Source: a virus. Taken from it: a stretch of DNA of 64,000 nucleotides. Below are positions 18,892 through 28,958 of this stretch, one piece after another. The stretch spans positions 64,001-128,000 of the IMG/VR virus record IMGVR_UViG_3300047160_018755. One strand, 5' to 3'. The notes below the pieces were generated by a model, which was not told the DNA's origin, did not search any database, and saw only the letters and a list, made by a program, of their open reading frames with translations. Numbering within the stretch: the first letter of the stretch is position 1; each line of letters starts with the position of its first letter. A program made the translations under genes and the position numbers.

Positions 18892-19413
18892 ATGAAGCTT
18901 CGCGAGTTCAAGAAGATCATCGCCGGCATGCACCCGGCGGCGTTCGCGCCCGCCTTCGAGCGCTGCCACAACGTCTCCGAGGTCCAGGTGGCCATCGAGG
19001 CCTTCGGCCTGGCCCGCGCCGAGCTGAGCAACATCGAGAAGCGCTACCGCGAGCGCGACCTGGAGCAGATGCAGGCCGTCGCCGTCCTGGAGGCTCGGAT
19101 CGACCTGCTCGACCAACAGATCGCTTCCCGGCAGATGGTCCAGGTCCGCGAGGCCGAGGAACCCCGCGAGGAGGTGATCCTGACCAAGGTCCAGCCCCAG
19201 GTGGGCCGCACCTTCGTCGATCGCATCGAGGTCATCAAGGCGGTCCGCGAGGTCAGCGGTATGGGTCTCAAGGACGCCAAGGACCTGGTCGACGAGGTCG
19301 CCGACAAGGGCTTCGAGCGCAAGCTCTTCACGGGCGTGACGTCCAAGGCAGCCGTGGCGGCCCGGGTGCTCGAAGCGGCCGGCGGCGTCGTCGTGCGCAA
19401 GGAGGCGTTCTGA
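18892..19413 (+). CDS. Coiled-coil protein fused to a ribosomal bL12 (L7/L12) C-terminal domain
   Basis: RIEVIKAVREVSGMGLKDAKDLVD...KAAVAARVLEAAGGVV matches the bL12 CTD. Confidence 0.8.
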   Translation: MKLREFKKIIAGMHPAAFAPAFERCHNVSEVQVAIEAFGLARAELSNIEKRYRERDLEQMQAVAVLEARIDLLDQQIASRQMVQVREAEEPREEVILTKVQPQVGRTFVDRIEVIKAVREVSGMGLKDAKDLVDEVADKGFERKLFTGVTSKAAVAARVLEAAGGVVVRKEAF

Positions 19414-19795
19414 TGCTCACGAAGCTCCTGAACCCCATGGGGATCAGGCTCACGAACGCGAGCGCCGCCTGGATCGTCCTCGGCACCCTTCTTTCACTCG
19501 GTCTGCACGTGGCGTTCTACGGGACGCTGCTCCACTTCGTCATCAAGTTCTGGTAGGAGGCACATGTCGTTCGTTCCGAAGATCAAGAAAGCGAAGCGCA
19601 AGGCCATCGCCCGTCGTTCGGGCAAGACGATCGCGTCGGCCATCGACCGTCTCAACGCGAAGCTCACCAAGCCCCACCAGTTCCCGGTCCACGAGAACAA
19701 CCAGCTCCACAAGACCTCAGCGGCGATCGCCGAGGACGCCCGCCGTCAGGAGCGCCTGATGGACCGCAAGCGCTGGAGCCACGCGGGCTGATCGG

Positions 19796-21178
19796 TTAGT
19801 TCGAGATGACGCCGCACATGCTCGTCGTGATCGTCGAGTTGAGCGGCAACGAAGCCGTGGCGATGGCCGTGGCTGCGGCCTGGATGGGCGAGCCGTCACT
19901 CGTCGAGCCGTCCACAGTCACGGGCACCGACGCCGAGTTGTAGAGGAACGTCGTACCCGGGTTGACCTTGATCAGCTTGGCACTGTTGCCGCTACCCGCG
20001 ATGTTGTTCATGAGCATGAACGACCCTTGAGTGGAAAGGGTGAGGCAGTTGCCCGTGTTGTCGTAGAAGCACATCCTGGGTCCGTTCGCGTTCGAACCGC
20101 CGGAACCCATGGTGAAACCAACGGCGCCCTGGAAGAAGAGATTTCCAGACCACGAGAAGGTCATGCCGTTGCCGGTGAGGACGGCTGCGCCGACGAACGC
20201 AGCGGTGCGCATGTCGATGGAGCCGTGGCCGAGGAACTGCACGGAAGCCCAGAACGAGCAGTTCGAGAAGCGCCCGTTGGTGAAGTTCCTGGTCGTCGAG
20301 ATCGAGCAGCGGTCGTAGTTGATGTAGGAGAGCGTGTCGTTCGACACAGTCGAGCCGCCGTTAGCTGAGCGGTCATCGCAGAACAAGATCTGGAATCGCC
20401 CCTGGACGCTTCGCTGCATCTCTCGGGGGGCAGGGAAGCTCTGGGTGTAGATCTTGGGAAGCGACGAGATCGTGTAGGTGTCGCTCGCGGAGAGCGCACT
20501 GATTGCCGGCGTCGTCGCGTTGGTCACAGGATCGCTCATGCGAAGCGTGTTCGATCCGGAGTCCTTCATCGGGTGCCACCACACCTTCGTGCCGTTGGTG
20601 CGCTGGAAGATCACGCCGGCACGGATGAATCCAGACGCCGTCCACGAGCCGCCCGTGATGGAGTTGTCCACCATGTGGTTGTCTCCGGTGTTGGCGTTGC
20701 TCTGAACCTGCCCTGAGTACGAGGCCACGGTGCCAGTGTAGAGCACCGTGGGGGTGCCGATGAGGGAGATGCCGTCCGCGTTTGACGCAGCACCGGGCTG
20801 GAACTGGTACGTCCACACGGGAGAGTCCGTGCTCACGCAGTCCGACAGGAGGTTGATGGTGATCGACGTGCCCGACGGGATCGTCACCCACGCGAGGCGG
20901 TTGGCAATCTCCGTGAGGCTCTTGAGCGGCGCCGAGGCAGTGAGACCGGAGTTGCTGTCGCTTGCGATAGCGTTCTGCGGATCAACGTACCAGGTGGTTT
21001 GGATTCCCGGAGCCGTACCTTCACCGAAGGCAGCCCACCCCGTTGCCTTGTCTGCGATCTTGATGTAGAGCTTCCCCGTCAGAAACGAGTAGCCCATCTG
21101 ACCGATCGGAGCTTGCCAACCAGTGACGGTGGGATCCCCCTGAAGGAGGTATGCGACTGCGGTGTTGTTGTCAGCCAT
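19796..21178 (-). CDS. Tail fibre / receptor-binding protein, copy 1
   Basis: WYVDPQNAIASDSNSG...PLKS motif, S/T/G/N-rich beta-solenoid-like body; late motif upstream. Confidence 0.6.
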   Translation of the reverse strand: MADNNTAVAYLLQGDPTVTGWQAPIGQMGYSFLTGKLYIKIADKATGWAAFGEGTAPGIQTTWYVDPQNAIASDSNSGLTASAPLKSLTEIANRLAWVTIPSGTSITINLLSDCVSTDSPVWTYQFQPGAASNADGISLIGTPTVLYTGTVASYSGQVQSNANTGDNHMVDNSITGGSWTASGFIRAGVIFQRTNGTKVWWHPMKDSGSNTLRMSDPVTNATTPAISALSASDTYTISSLPKIYTQSFPAPREMQRSVQGRFQILFCDDRSANGGSTVSNDTLSYINYDRCSISTTRNFTNGRFSNCSFWASVQFLGHGSIDMRTAAFVGAAVLTGNGMTFSWSGNLFFQGAVGFTMGSGGSNANGPRMCFYDNTGNCLTLSTQGSFMLMNNIAGSGNSAKLIKVNPGTTFLYNSASVPVTVDGSTSDGSPIQAAATAIATASLPLNSTITTSMCGVISN

Positions 21179-21194
21179 GGTTTAAAGATTCAGA

Positions 21195-22577
21195 CTACGG
21201 AGTTGGCATGATGCCGCCCATGTAGCCGGTGTCAAAGAGACCGACCGTACTCGTGAGGCCGGCGCTATTCGTCGTCGTCGCGTGGCCGACCTTGATCGGA
21301 TTGGAGAGCGAGGTGGATCCATCCGTCGTCGGCGCCACGGTGTGGTTGTAGACGACGGTCGAGGAGTGAAGCACGTTGAAGAGGTTCGCGGTGTTGCCTT
21401 TGCCCTTGAGAGCCGTGATGGCGATGTTGCTGCCGTAGCTCGCGCTGATGCAGTCGAGCGTGCAGTCGTAGATCGCGACCAGCGTGAATGAGACAGCCGA
21501 CGCTTGAGACGCAGAGATCCCCACGCCTTGGAAGTGGGTAGTCGAAGAACCGCTGCCGGCCAATTGCGACCCACGAGAGATGTTGATAACAATCGACCCG
21601 CTACCGATGAACGCTCCACCAGCGATGGACAAGTTGCCGTTGAAGACGGTTCCCCAGCCGGCAGTGATCCAAGCGCCGCAGTTCCAGAGGACCGCGTTGG
21701 GGATAGTCCTGGTGGTCTGGAAAGCGCAGCGGTCGTAGGCCACCAGGGCCGTCTCCATCTGCGCCAAGCTGGTCGCCGCGGCCGAGTTGTCCGCGCAGAA
21801 CTGGATCGTGATGTGGCTCGTGGTGAGCGTGTTCGAACGATACACGAACGACTGGTCGTAGATCTTCGGCAACTGGGAAACGGTGTACGTGTCGCTAACC
21901 GAAAGCGCAGAGATGGTCCTACCAACCGTCATCGCGTCGCTCATGCGAATCGTGTTTGAACCGAGATCTTTGAGGGCGTACCACCACAACGCTGTCGAAT
22001 TCGTGCGCTGGTAGAGCAAACCGGAAGCCATAAGCCCCGCCGACGTAAACGAAGTGGGGACGCCAGAGTCGGTCATTTGGTTGTCGTCGGACGCAGCAAC
22101 GCTGCCTTGCGTTTGCTGAGCGCGCCCAGTGACCGTGCCCGAGTAGATAACCTTCGGCGTGCCGAGGATCAGGAGGCCATCTGCGACGATCGCACCGGGC
22201 TGGACCATGAAAGTCCAAACGGGCTTGTCGGTGTTCACGCAGTCCGAGAGAAGGTTGACAGTGACAGTGACGCCAGTTGGGATCGTGATCCAGGCGAGAC
22301 GGTTCGCAACCTCCGTCAACGTCTTCAGTGGGGACGAGGAGGTGAGACCGGAGTTGCTGTCGCTTGCGATAGCGTTCTGCGGGTCAACGTACCAGGTGGT
22401 CTGAAGACCCGGCGCCGTACCTTCGCCGAAGGCGGCCCATCCCGTAGGCTTATCAGCGATCTTGATGTAGAGCTTGCCCGTGAGGAACGAGTAGCCCATC
22501 TGACCGATTTGGGCTTGCCAGCCCGTGACAGTTGGGTCGCCCTGGAGGAGGTAGGCGACTGCGTTGTTATCGGCCAT
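21195..22577 (-). CDS. Tail fibre / receptor-binding protein, copy 2
   Basis: N-terminal about 120 aa nearly identical to copy 1; divergent C-terminal part. Confidence 0.6.
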   Translation of the reverse strand: MADNNAVAYLLQGDPTVTGWQAQIGQMGYSFLTGKLYIKIADKPTGWAAFGEGTAPGLQTTWYVDPQNAIASDSNSGLTSSSPLKTLTEVANRLAWITIPTGVTVTVNLLSDCVNTDKPVWTFMVQPGAIVADGLLILGTPKVIYSGTVTGRAQQTQGSVAASDDNQMTDSGVPTSFTSAGLMASGLLYQRTNSTALWWYALKDLGSNTIRMSDAMTVGRTISALSVSDTYTVSQLPKIYDQSFVYRSNTLTTSHITIQFCADNSAAATSLAQMETALVAYDRCAFQTTRTIPNAVLWNCGAWITAGWGTVFNGNLSIAGGAFIGSGSIVINISRGSQLAGSGSSTTHFQGVGISASQASAVSFTLVAIYDCTLDCISASYGSNIAITALKGKGNTANLFNVLHSSTVVYNHTVAPTTDGSTSLSNPIKVGHATTTNSAGLTSTVGLFDTGYMGGIMPTP

Positions 22578-22648
22578 GCCCAAAAGATTCCGCCTGGGAA
22601 CGGAACAAAACGCTGGACTTTGGCCCCGATCCGGAGTAACCTTTCTGT

Positions 22649-23221
22649 ATGGTCAAGGGCACAAAAGACCCACAGGTTGCGCGCTGGTACGCCATCGCCA
22701 AGCACGGCGATCAGATGTACGGCCAGCAGCCCTACGTCTACCACCTCGACGACTCCGTCCACGAGCTGGTGACCCACGTCATCGACCTGCCGGCGCTGCG
22801 CTACTACGACCACGACGTGATCATCTGCGCGCAGTACCTGCACGACGTCATCGAGGACACCGAGACCACGCGCGAGGACCTGGACGAGCTGTTCGACCCC
22901 CGCATCGGCGTCCTGGTCCAGGCCGTCAGCGACGGTCCGGGCAGGAACCGCAAGGAGCGCAAGGCGGGCGTCTACCAGGCCATCCGCGACACAGGGCCGG
23001 CGGCGCTGGCCGTGAAGCTCGGAGACCGCCTGGGCAACGCCAAGACCGCGGGGCTCGTCAAGGGCACGTCCGACCTGCTCCAGATGTACCGCAAGGAGCA
23101 GGTCACCTTCGAGCAGGAGCTGAGGTGGTCGGAGAATGGCCAGGGCGGCATCTTCAAGCTCAACCTGGAAGGGTTCGACCCGGCCTTCACCAAGATCCGG
23201 GAGTACCTTGGCATCGCGTGA
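22649..23221 (+). CDS. HD-domain hydrolase, RelA/SpoT small-alarmone-hydrolase (Mesh1-like) family
   Basis: AKHGDQ.Y...PYVYH, LHDVIEDT, VKLGDRLGN; TGGACT-17-TAACCT promoter at 22614-22642. Confidence 0.8.
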   Translation: MVKGTKDPQVARWYAIAKHGDQMYGQQPYVYHLDDSVHELVTHVIDLPALRYYDHDVIICAQYLHDVIEDTETTREDLDELFDPRIGVLVQAVSDGPGRNRKERKAGVYQAIRDTGPAALAVKLGDRLGNAKTAGLVKGTSDLLQMYRKEQVTFEQELRWSENGQGGIFKLNLEGFDPAFTKIREYLGIA

Positions 23222-24500
23222 GTACATCACCCTGAGCCGCAAGGACGCTCAGGTCAAGCTCGCCGCGGCGACGGGTGCCACCTACTTCATGCAGGTGACG
23301 GGCCAGTCCTGCCACTACAAGCCCGTGTCCGTGGCGCTGATGGTGCGCGCGTTCGAGCGCGACGACCGGGCCCGGCTGCGCATTCGGCTGTCCGACTCCA
23401 AGCACACCGTGTTCATCGAGAACGGCAAGGATCTCAAGAGTGGATACGAAGTCACGTTCTGAGCGCCGGCTGTTCAAGAACCTGCCGCCCGTGCCGCGGC
23501 AGAAGATCTTGGCCTACCTCCAAAAACCCTCGCGGAAGGCCTGGGAGGAGGTTCGAGACATCCCCGTGAGCTTCGGACAGTCCCTCGAAGACGTCATCAA
23601 TACCCTTGACTTTGCATGGGGAGCGTACTATCCTTCCATGATCCTCGTCGCCCGCGCGTCGCGCGTCATCGATCGACGGAACCAAGACCTCAGCGCACTG
23701 GAGATGTGACATGAGCTGGAAAACTGCCGAGAAGGAAGTTCTGACACGCATCAACAAGTTGCTGGCCGACGCCGGCCTCGACGGCCAGTTCGAGGCGGGA
23801 AGCGTCTACACCAACGACAAAACCGGCTTCGACATCCACCTCGAAAGCAAGGGCTACATGACCCTCAAGTTCTCGCACTTGGACGCGCTCGCCGAGGCGT
23901 TCAAGACGAAGAGGATCAACATCGAGGGCAGCACCCGCCAGACCGGCTACTGCGAAAGCTGCCGCGGCACCGAGGCCGTCATCGAGCTGACCGTCGAGGA
24001 AGCTCAAGTCTGATGGACGTGGACTGGAAGAAGGTCCTGGAGTGGTACATGTTCCACGTCCTGCACGAGGAGGGGACCACGTACGCTTCGAGCGCCTACG
24101 CCATGAGCTGCATGCCCATGGAGATCCGCATCGCGATCCGTGAGACCCACAACGAGACGATGACCCGCATCGTCAACAACCGCGGCATGATGACCAAGCC
24201 CGACGGAACGGAGTACTGATGGCCCGCAAGGTCAAAATCCAGGCCGGCGACTGGGTCTTCATGAAGGGCGGCGGCAAGCGCCTCTGGGTGGTCACCGAGA
24301 TCTACGACGACAAGTGGAACAAGGGCCGGTTCGGCGCCACGCTCCACGACGGCTGGGGCATGGGGGGCGCCAACATGAAGATCTCCGAGGTCCGCAAGAT
24401 CGCCAGCCAGCGCGAGTTGCTCGCCTCCGAGAATTTCAAGATCGGCTACCAGCGCTGGCTGCGCGACCACGGCGAGCTGGTCGTCAAGAACGACCGATGA
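23218..24500 (+). other. Small hypothetical genes (to 23462, 23440-23709, 23711-24013, 24013-24219, 24219-24500)
   Basis: Stop-start coupling. Confidence 0.55.
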
Positions 24501-25045
24501 TCCAGGTCTTCTGCGACGGCAGCATCACTGGCGGCGCGTGGGGGAAGAAGGACGCCAAGGCATCTCTCCCGCACGCGTGGTCCGGCTGGTGGGCCAAGGA
24601 CGAGCACGGCAAGGTGCTCCAGTGGCGCTCGCTCGATCTGGGCGAGGCCGAGTACATGTCCGCCAACGTGGCCGAGTACTTCGCCGTGCGCTCCGCGCTG
24701 ACCTGGCTGTACGGGAGCATCTGGAAGCACCACCAGATCGAGGTGCTCAGCGACTCCCAGGTCGTCATCTACCAGCTGACGGGCAAGCAGAACTGCTACC
24801 ACCCGAAGCTCATGGTCCTGCGCGACACCTGCCGGCGTGTTGCCGGCCACATGAACGTGCGCTTCGTGTGGACCCGCCGCGAGAACAACCGCGAGGCCGA
24901 CGTGCTCTCGAAGGCGCTCCAGATCTGGGGCCGGCAGGCCCAGAACTGGGAGGAGGTGCTGGCCTATCTCCGGAAGAAGCCGAGCGGCCGGGTCAAGAAA
25001 TCGGGCCCACGATCGGCGGTCCCGGAACCGAAATCAGGTGGGTGA
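24497..25045 (+). CDS. Ribonuclease HI
   Basis: VFCDGS, NVAEYFA, SDSQVV, RRENNREADVLS catalytic motifs. Confidence 0.85.
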   Translation: MIQVFCDGSITGGAWGKKDAKASLPHAWSGWWAKDEHGKVLQWRSLDLGEAEYMSANVAEYFAVRSALTWLYGSIWKHHQIEVLSDSQVVIYQLTGKQNCYHPKLMVLRDTCRRVAGHMNVRFVWTRRENNREADVLSKALQIWGRQAQNWEEVLAYLRKKPSGRVKKSGPRSAVPEPKSGG

Positions 25046-25532
25046 CGATGACGGTGTGGGTGAAGGCGTCGATGACAGCCGCCACCTGCGCCATGGCCTG
25101 ATCGGCGGGAGCACTGGCCGCGAAGTTGGCGGCCCAAGCTGAGATGAGTGCCGGCGCCAACGTCCCAGTGCCCACCAGGGTGACAATCCCGGGCAGCGCT
25201 GGGGGCGGAGGCGGGGTGCCGGCGGGCGTGAGCGGGAAGGCGACGGGCGGCCCGAACCAGAAGGCCGAGAAGGCCGCGTCGTAGATCTGGGCGGTCGAGG
25301 CCGGTGTCCCGTAAGGGTTGGCGAACACCGGCAGCAGCGTGGCCGCCAGGGCCTCCTCGTTCGCCGTCAGAGGCGCCGGAGAGCAGCCGGCGAGGGAGAT
25401 GGCGTCCTGGGCGTAATCGGCGTAGGCGCGAGCCCAGCGCGCGGCAGACTCGTTCGGGGTCTTGGGGTAGTCGCTACCGTTGCCGGTGATCGCGAGTAGC
25501 CCCTGCTTGAGCTTGGCGGCGAGAAGAGGCAT
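24993..25532 (-). CDS. Putative baseplate-associated structural protein
   Basis: Position downstream of the spike gene; Ala/Pro-rich. Confidence 0.5.
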   Translation of the reverse strand: MPLLAAKLKQGLLAITGNGSDYPKTPNESAARWARAYADYAQDAISLAGCSPAPLTANEEALAATLLPVFANPYGTPASTAQIYDAAFSAFWFGPPVAFPLTPAGTPPPPPALPGIVTLVGTGTLAPALISAWAANFAASAPADQAMAQVAAVIDAFTHTVIVTHLISVPGPPIVGPIS

Positions 25533-25948
25533 CAAGCCTTCTCCAGGTAATCTACCAAACGCCTAACATTTACGAGAGACTCCTTCAGCAAACCGACAGC
25601 CGTATTACACTGCCCGCAAAGAATTCCACGAACCCTGCCTGTCACGTGATCATGGTCAACATGAAAGTGAGACCGACCACGGTGTTTGCTAGGATCCTTC
25701 TCACCACAGACGGCACATCCGTCGCCCTGAGCTGCAAGTCGCTCACGATACTCAGCTAGAGTGATGCCGTAGGTTCTACGAAGATGGTAGTCGTGGATGG
25801 TATCTCGGTTCCTATCTCTCCACTTCTTGTGATAAGCGCGAACCCGATCACGATTCTTCGCGTTCCAAGCATTCTTTTGAGTGCGTTGGCCCACCTTGGA
25901 TTCGGGGTGATCAGCACGATACTGGCGCATATAAGCTGCTCTACTCAC
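25532..25948 (-). CDS. Endonuclease VII-family (HNH) homing-type endonuclease
   Basis: YGITLAEY...QGDGCAVC...HVDHDHVTGRVRGILCGQCNTAVG; lower GC. Confidence 0.9.
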   Translation of the reverse strand: MSRAAYMRQYRADHPESKVGQRTQKNAWNAKNRDRVRAYHKKWRDRNRDTIHDYHLRRTYGITLAEYRERLAAQGDGCAVCGEKDPSKHRGRSHFHVDHDHVTGRVRGILCGQCNTAVGLLKESLVNVRRLVDYLEKA

Positions 25949-26847
25949 ATTTTCACATATACCACACCCGACAGGATCGAGTCAAGGTTTTGTTGGATCT
26001 GCTGGAACTGGGCCGCGTTGATGGGAGGGCCCGAGGGGCCGACCGCGGTGGGGTGGGTCTGGGCGAGGATGGCCTGGATGAGCTGGTTGAGCAGGTCCTT
26101 CAGCTCGTTCCCGCCCACGGCCGGGTCAGTGGTCTGGTCGTCGCCGAGCTTCACGTCGGGGCAGATCAGGTCCATCTCAGTCTTGGCCGTGAGCTGAACC
26201 TTGCCGTTCACGCGGTCGATGAAGATCTTGTTGTCACCGTTGGCGTCGGAGACGGTGACGTTGCCGTCCTTGTCGATCTTGACGAACGTGCCGGCGGCGT
26301 CCGTGTTGGTGTCCTCAGTCGGATCGCCCGAGAGGTCCGTCGCGCCATTGTAGGTGAGCGTCAGCTCGCCGTCCTTGTTGATGAGCATGTCGATGCCGTT
26401 GAACACCGAGTGCATATGGTGTCCATCATCGATCGTGTCCTTGACGTCAGGCGCATTCGCGTTGCGGACGCCGCCGAGGATGACTGCGTTCTGCGACTCG
26501 CCATTGATGCAGAGGAGAATCACACGCGCGCCCTTACCCGGCGCCGGACGCTTCTGTCCATTCTGTCCCGAGGCGGACGAGTCCGCACGGTACGTGACGT
26601 ACGAGTAGTCCGCGATGCCGGCGAGATTGTCGATGGCGATGCAGTGGTCGTACATCTTCGTGACCGCCGTACCGTTCGCCTTGTGCGCGACCCACACCCG
26701 GTACTCGATGAACCTCTTCGAGACGTTCTCCTGATCCTCGGGGTAGTAGATGTTCTGCACCTCGCCGATGCGGAGCATGACGTTGCCCGAGACGCCGTTG
26801 TCGGGCAGGAAGCCGCCGTCTGCGTGGCCTGGGACTACGGGACGCAT
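25945..26847 (-). CDS. Baseplate spike (gpV/gp5-like) protein
   Basis: OB-fold-like N-terminus (IGEV.NIYYP), beta-repeat middle, C-terminal THPTAVGPSGPP. Confidence 0.7.
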   Translation of the reverse strand: MRPVVPGHADGGFLPDNGVSGNVMLRIGEVQNIYYPEDQENVSKRFIEYRVWVAHKANGTAVTKMYDHCIAIDNLAGIADYSYVTYRADSSASGQNGQKRPAPGKGARVILLCINGESQNAVILGGVRNANAPDVKDTIDDGHHMHSVFNGIDMLINKDGELTLTYNGATDLSGDPTEDTNTDAAGTFVKIDKDGNVTVSDANGDNKIFIDRVNGKVQLTAKTEMDLICPDVKLGDDQTTDPAVGGNELKDLLNQLIQAILAQTHPTAVGPSGPPINAAQFQQIQQNLDSILSGVVYVKM

Positions 26848-28958
26848 TAGAGCAGATCCTTCAGAGCTTCATCGTTGGTGTCAGGCGGTCCGAAGACCTC
26901 ACCCTTCTTGATGGCAGCTTCGGTGTCGTAGTGGTTGAGCGGGGACTTGGTCTGCACGTCAGTGGCGGGCTTCGGATCTTCGGTACGCTCTTTGTGCTTC
27001 GTGATTCCACCCGTCGTACGATCTCCCGTCAGAGTGAGGCCCGGGTCGTACTGGGTGTTGTCGTTGGGGTCGAAGCCCGGGTAGATGGGCTGGAGACCCT
27101 TGCCCAGATCCGACTCGTTGATGGCCGGGTCGACGTCCTGGTCGCGCATGCCGTTGGTGAGGTGGAGGATGGTGCCGAACTGCTTGTTGCCCCCCTCGGT
27201 GTCCATCGAGACGTAGTGGTCCACCTGCATGACGTGGTAGACGACGCCATCGAAGAGAACGTTGTCGCCCTCGGCGACGGGAGCCTGCACGCCGTACAGA
27301 TCGATCATGCCGTTGAGGGTGAGGTGCGAGCCCATCATCCAGTCAGCGACCAGTGCCATCCACTGGCCCGGCACTTTTCCAACAGTGTCGTCGACCCAGC
27401 AGTCGACGTGGCTCACATGTGTGCGGCAGCCGGCGCGGAAGATGTCCACGTCGTCACGGACGGGCGGGTTGATGAGCATCTGGTACTGCTGCGGGGTGCC
27501 GCCGTTCTCCAGGTTCGTCGCCGTGCCGTAGATGTGAACGAAGTTGGTGCGCGTGGCGTTGCTGCGGCCGACGTGCACGTGCTTCACCATCGCCGACGGG
27601 ATGTGCCAGCGCGGTAGATCGAGGAACTTGGTGGTGGCGATCTTGTTGTCGGTGGGAATCAGGAAGCTGTCATGACCCGCGGCGGTAAGCTCGTCGGTGG
27701 TGAGCGTGTTTTTCTTTGCAGGACTCGGGGGGAAGGTGAAAACGTCCGTGGTGAACGGGATCTGACGGAACACGATGGTGGGCACCACCTTGCCCTCGGG
27801 GTTCACCTTCATCGCGGTGTAGATCTCGTTGATGGTGTGGTTCACGTACTGCTGGAGCACGCCCCACAGCGGACGGTTCGCGAAGTCCGGCATGAACGGC
27901 AGGAAGGTGCCGAGGAGCCTGCCGCCTTTCATGATCCTGCGGTTGGGACCGATGGAGTAGTTGAACTCCGGAGTGAACGCCGAAGGTCCGTTCTTGTTGG
28001 CATACGACTGCACGCCCGTCCACAGCTCCAGGATGTCCGCGTAGGACATGAGCCCCTTGCTGGCGACCCGCTTGCCGAGGAGGTTGCCGACGGAGACGGG
28101 CACGAGGTACGAGAACGGCGGATCGTTGTCGCTGGAACGGCCCTTCTCATTCTGGTCCGACAGCTGCGGGGTGGCCGAGATGTTCCCGCCCTCGCCGTCG
28201 AGAGTGATGTCGCCCTTCTTGTCCGGGCCCTTGCCGAGCACCATGTTGAGGAGGATCGGGATGATGTTGTTGATGTTGTTCTGCTCGATACCGTCCTCGG
28301 AGCCGCTGCCGAAGAGCGCGTCCGTGCTGACACCGAAGCGAGCCATCCACCCGAAGTTGCCGCCCTGGGCATCCGACGTGGCGAGAGCGTAGTCGTAGTA
28401 CATGTACGTGTTCAGCTCAGAGAACCCCGTGCACTTCAGGTTGTAGTTGGAGATCTTGGTGCCGACCTTGGGGATGACCGTGGTGTCCTTGTAGATGTCA
28501 TCCACGCGCCCGACGAACTTGAGGCCGTCGTTGAAGTTGTTGCACGAGTCCGTCGTGTTGGCGCCCGAGGCGACCGGGCCAATGCGACTGAGCAGGTCCT
28601 CGAAGTCGGTCCGGTTGTTCACCATCCACGCCATCACCCAGTCGCCGGGGATGATCTCGATGAGGTAGTTGATGTCCGCCTGCTTGAGCGTGGCGTTCAT
28701 CGATTTCGTCTCGGCGTTCTTGCTCATCGTGACGTTCATCGACAAGCAGTCGCTGGTGATCACCAACGGCTCGTCGGCGCGGAGCAGAGCGCCAGCACTG
28801 AGGTCGGTGGAGTCGGATTTCATCTTCTTACGGTTGAACGACAGAGGCTCACCGAGGCGGATGATGGCGATGACCCAGTACGGGTCCATCTCCAACAGAT
28901 CTGCGCCCGGGTCGACTCCGAAGTCAGCGGAGAGCGGGTAGATTCCTGCGCGCGGCAT
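26847..28958 (-). CDS. Baseplate hub-like protein
   Basis: 703 aa between tape-measure-like and spike genes; FVGRVDDI, synteny. Confidence 0.55.
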   Translation of the reverse strand: MPRAGIYPLSADFGVDPGADLLEMDPYWVIAIIRLGEPLSFNRKKMKSDSTDLSAGALLRADEPLVITSDCLSMNVTMSKNAETKSMNATLKQADINYLIEIIPGDWVMAWMVNNRTDFEDLLSRIGPVASGANTTDSCNNFNDGLKFVGRVDDIYKDTTVIPKVGTKISNYNLKCTGFSELNTYMYYDYALATSDAQGGNFGWMARFGVSTDALFGSGSEDGIEQNNINNIIPILLNMVLGKGPDKKGDITLDGEGGNISATPQLSDQNEKGRSSDNDPPFSYLVPVSVGNLLGKRVASKGLMSYADILELWTGVQSYANKNGPSAFTPEFNYSIGPNRRIMKGGRLLGTFLPFMPDFANRPLWGVLQQYVNHTINEIYTAMKVNPEGKVVPTIVFRQIPFTTDVFTFPPSPAKKNTLTTDELTAAGHDSFLIPTDNKIATTKFLDLPRWHIPSAMVKHVHVGRSNATRTNFVHIYGTATNLENGGTPQQYQMLINPPVRDDVDIFRAGCRTHVSHVDCWVDDTVGKVPGQWMALVADWMMGSHLTLNGMIDLYGVQAPVAEGDNVLFDGVVYHVMQVDHYVSMDTEGGNKQFGTILHLTNGMRDQDVDPAINESDLGKGLQPIYPGFDPNDNTQYDPGLTLTGDRTTGGITKHKERTEDPKPATDVQTKSPLNHYDTEAAIKKGEVFGPPDTNDEALKDLL

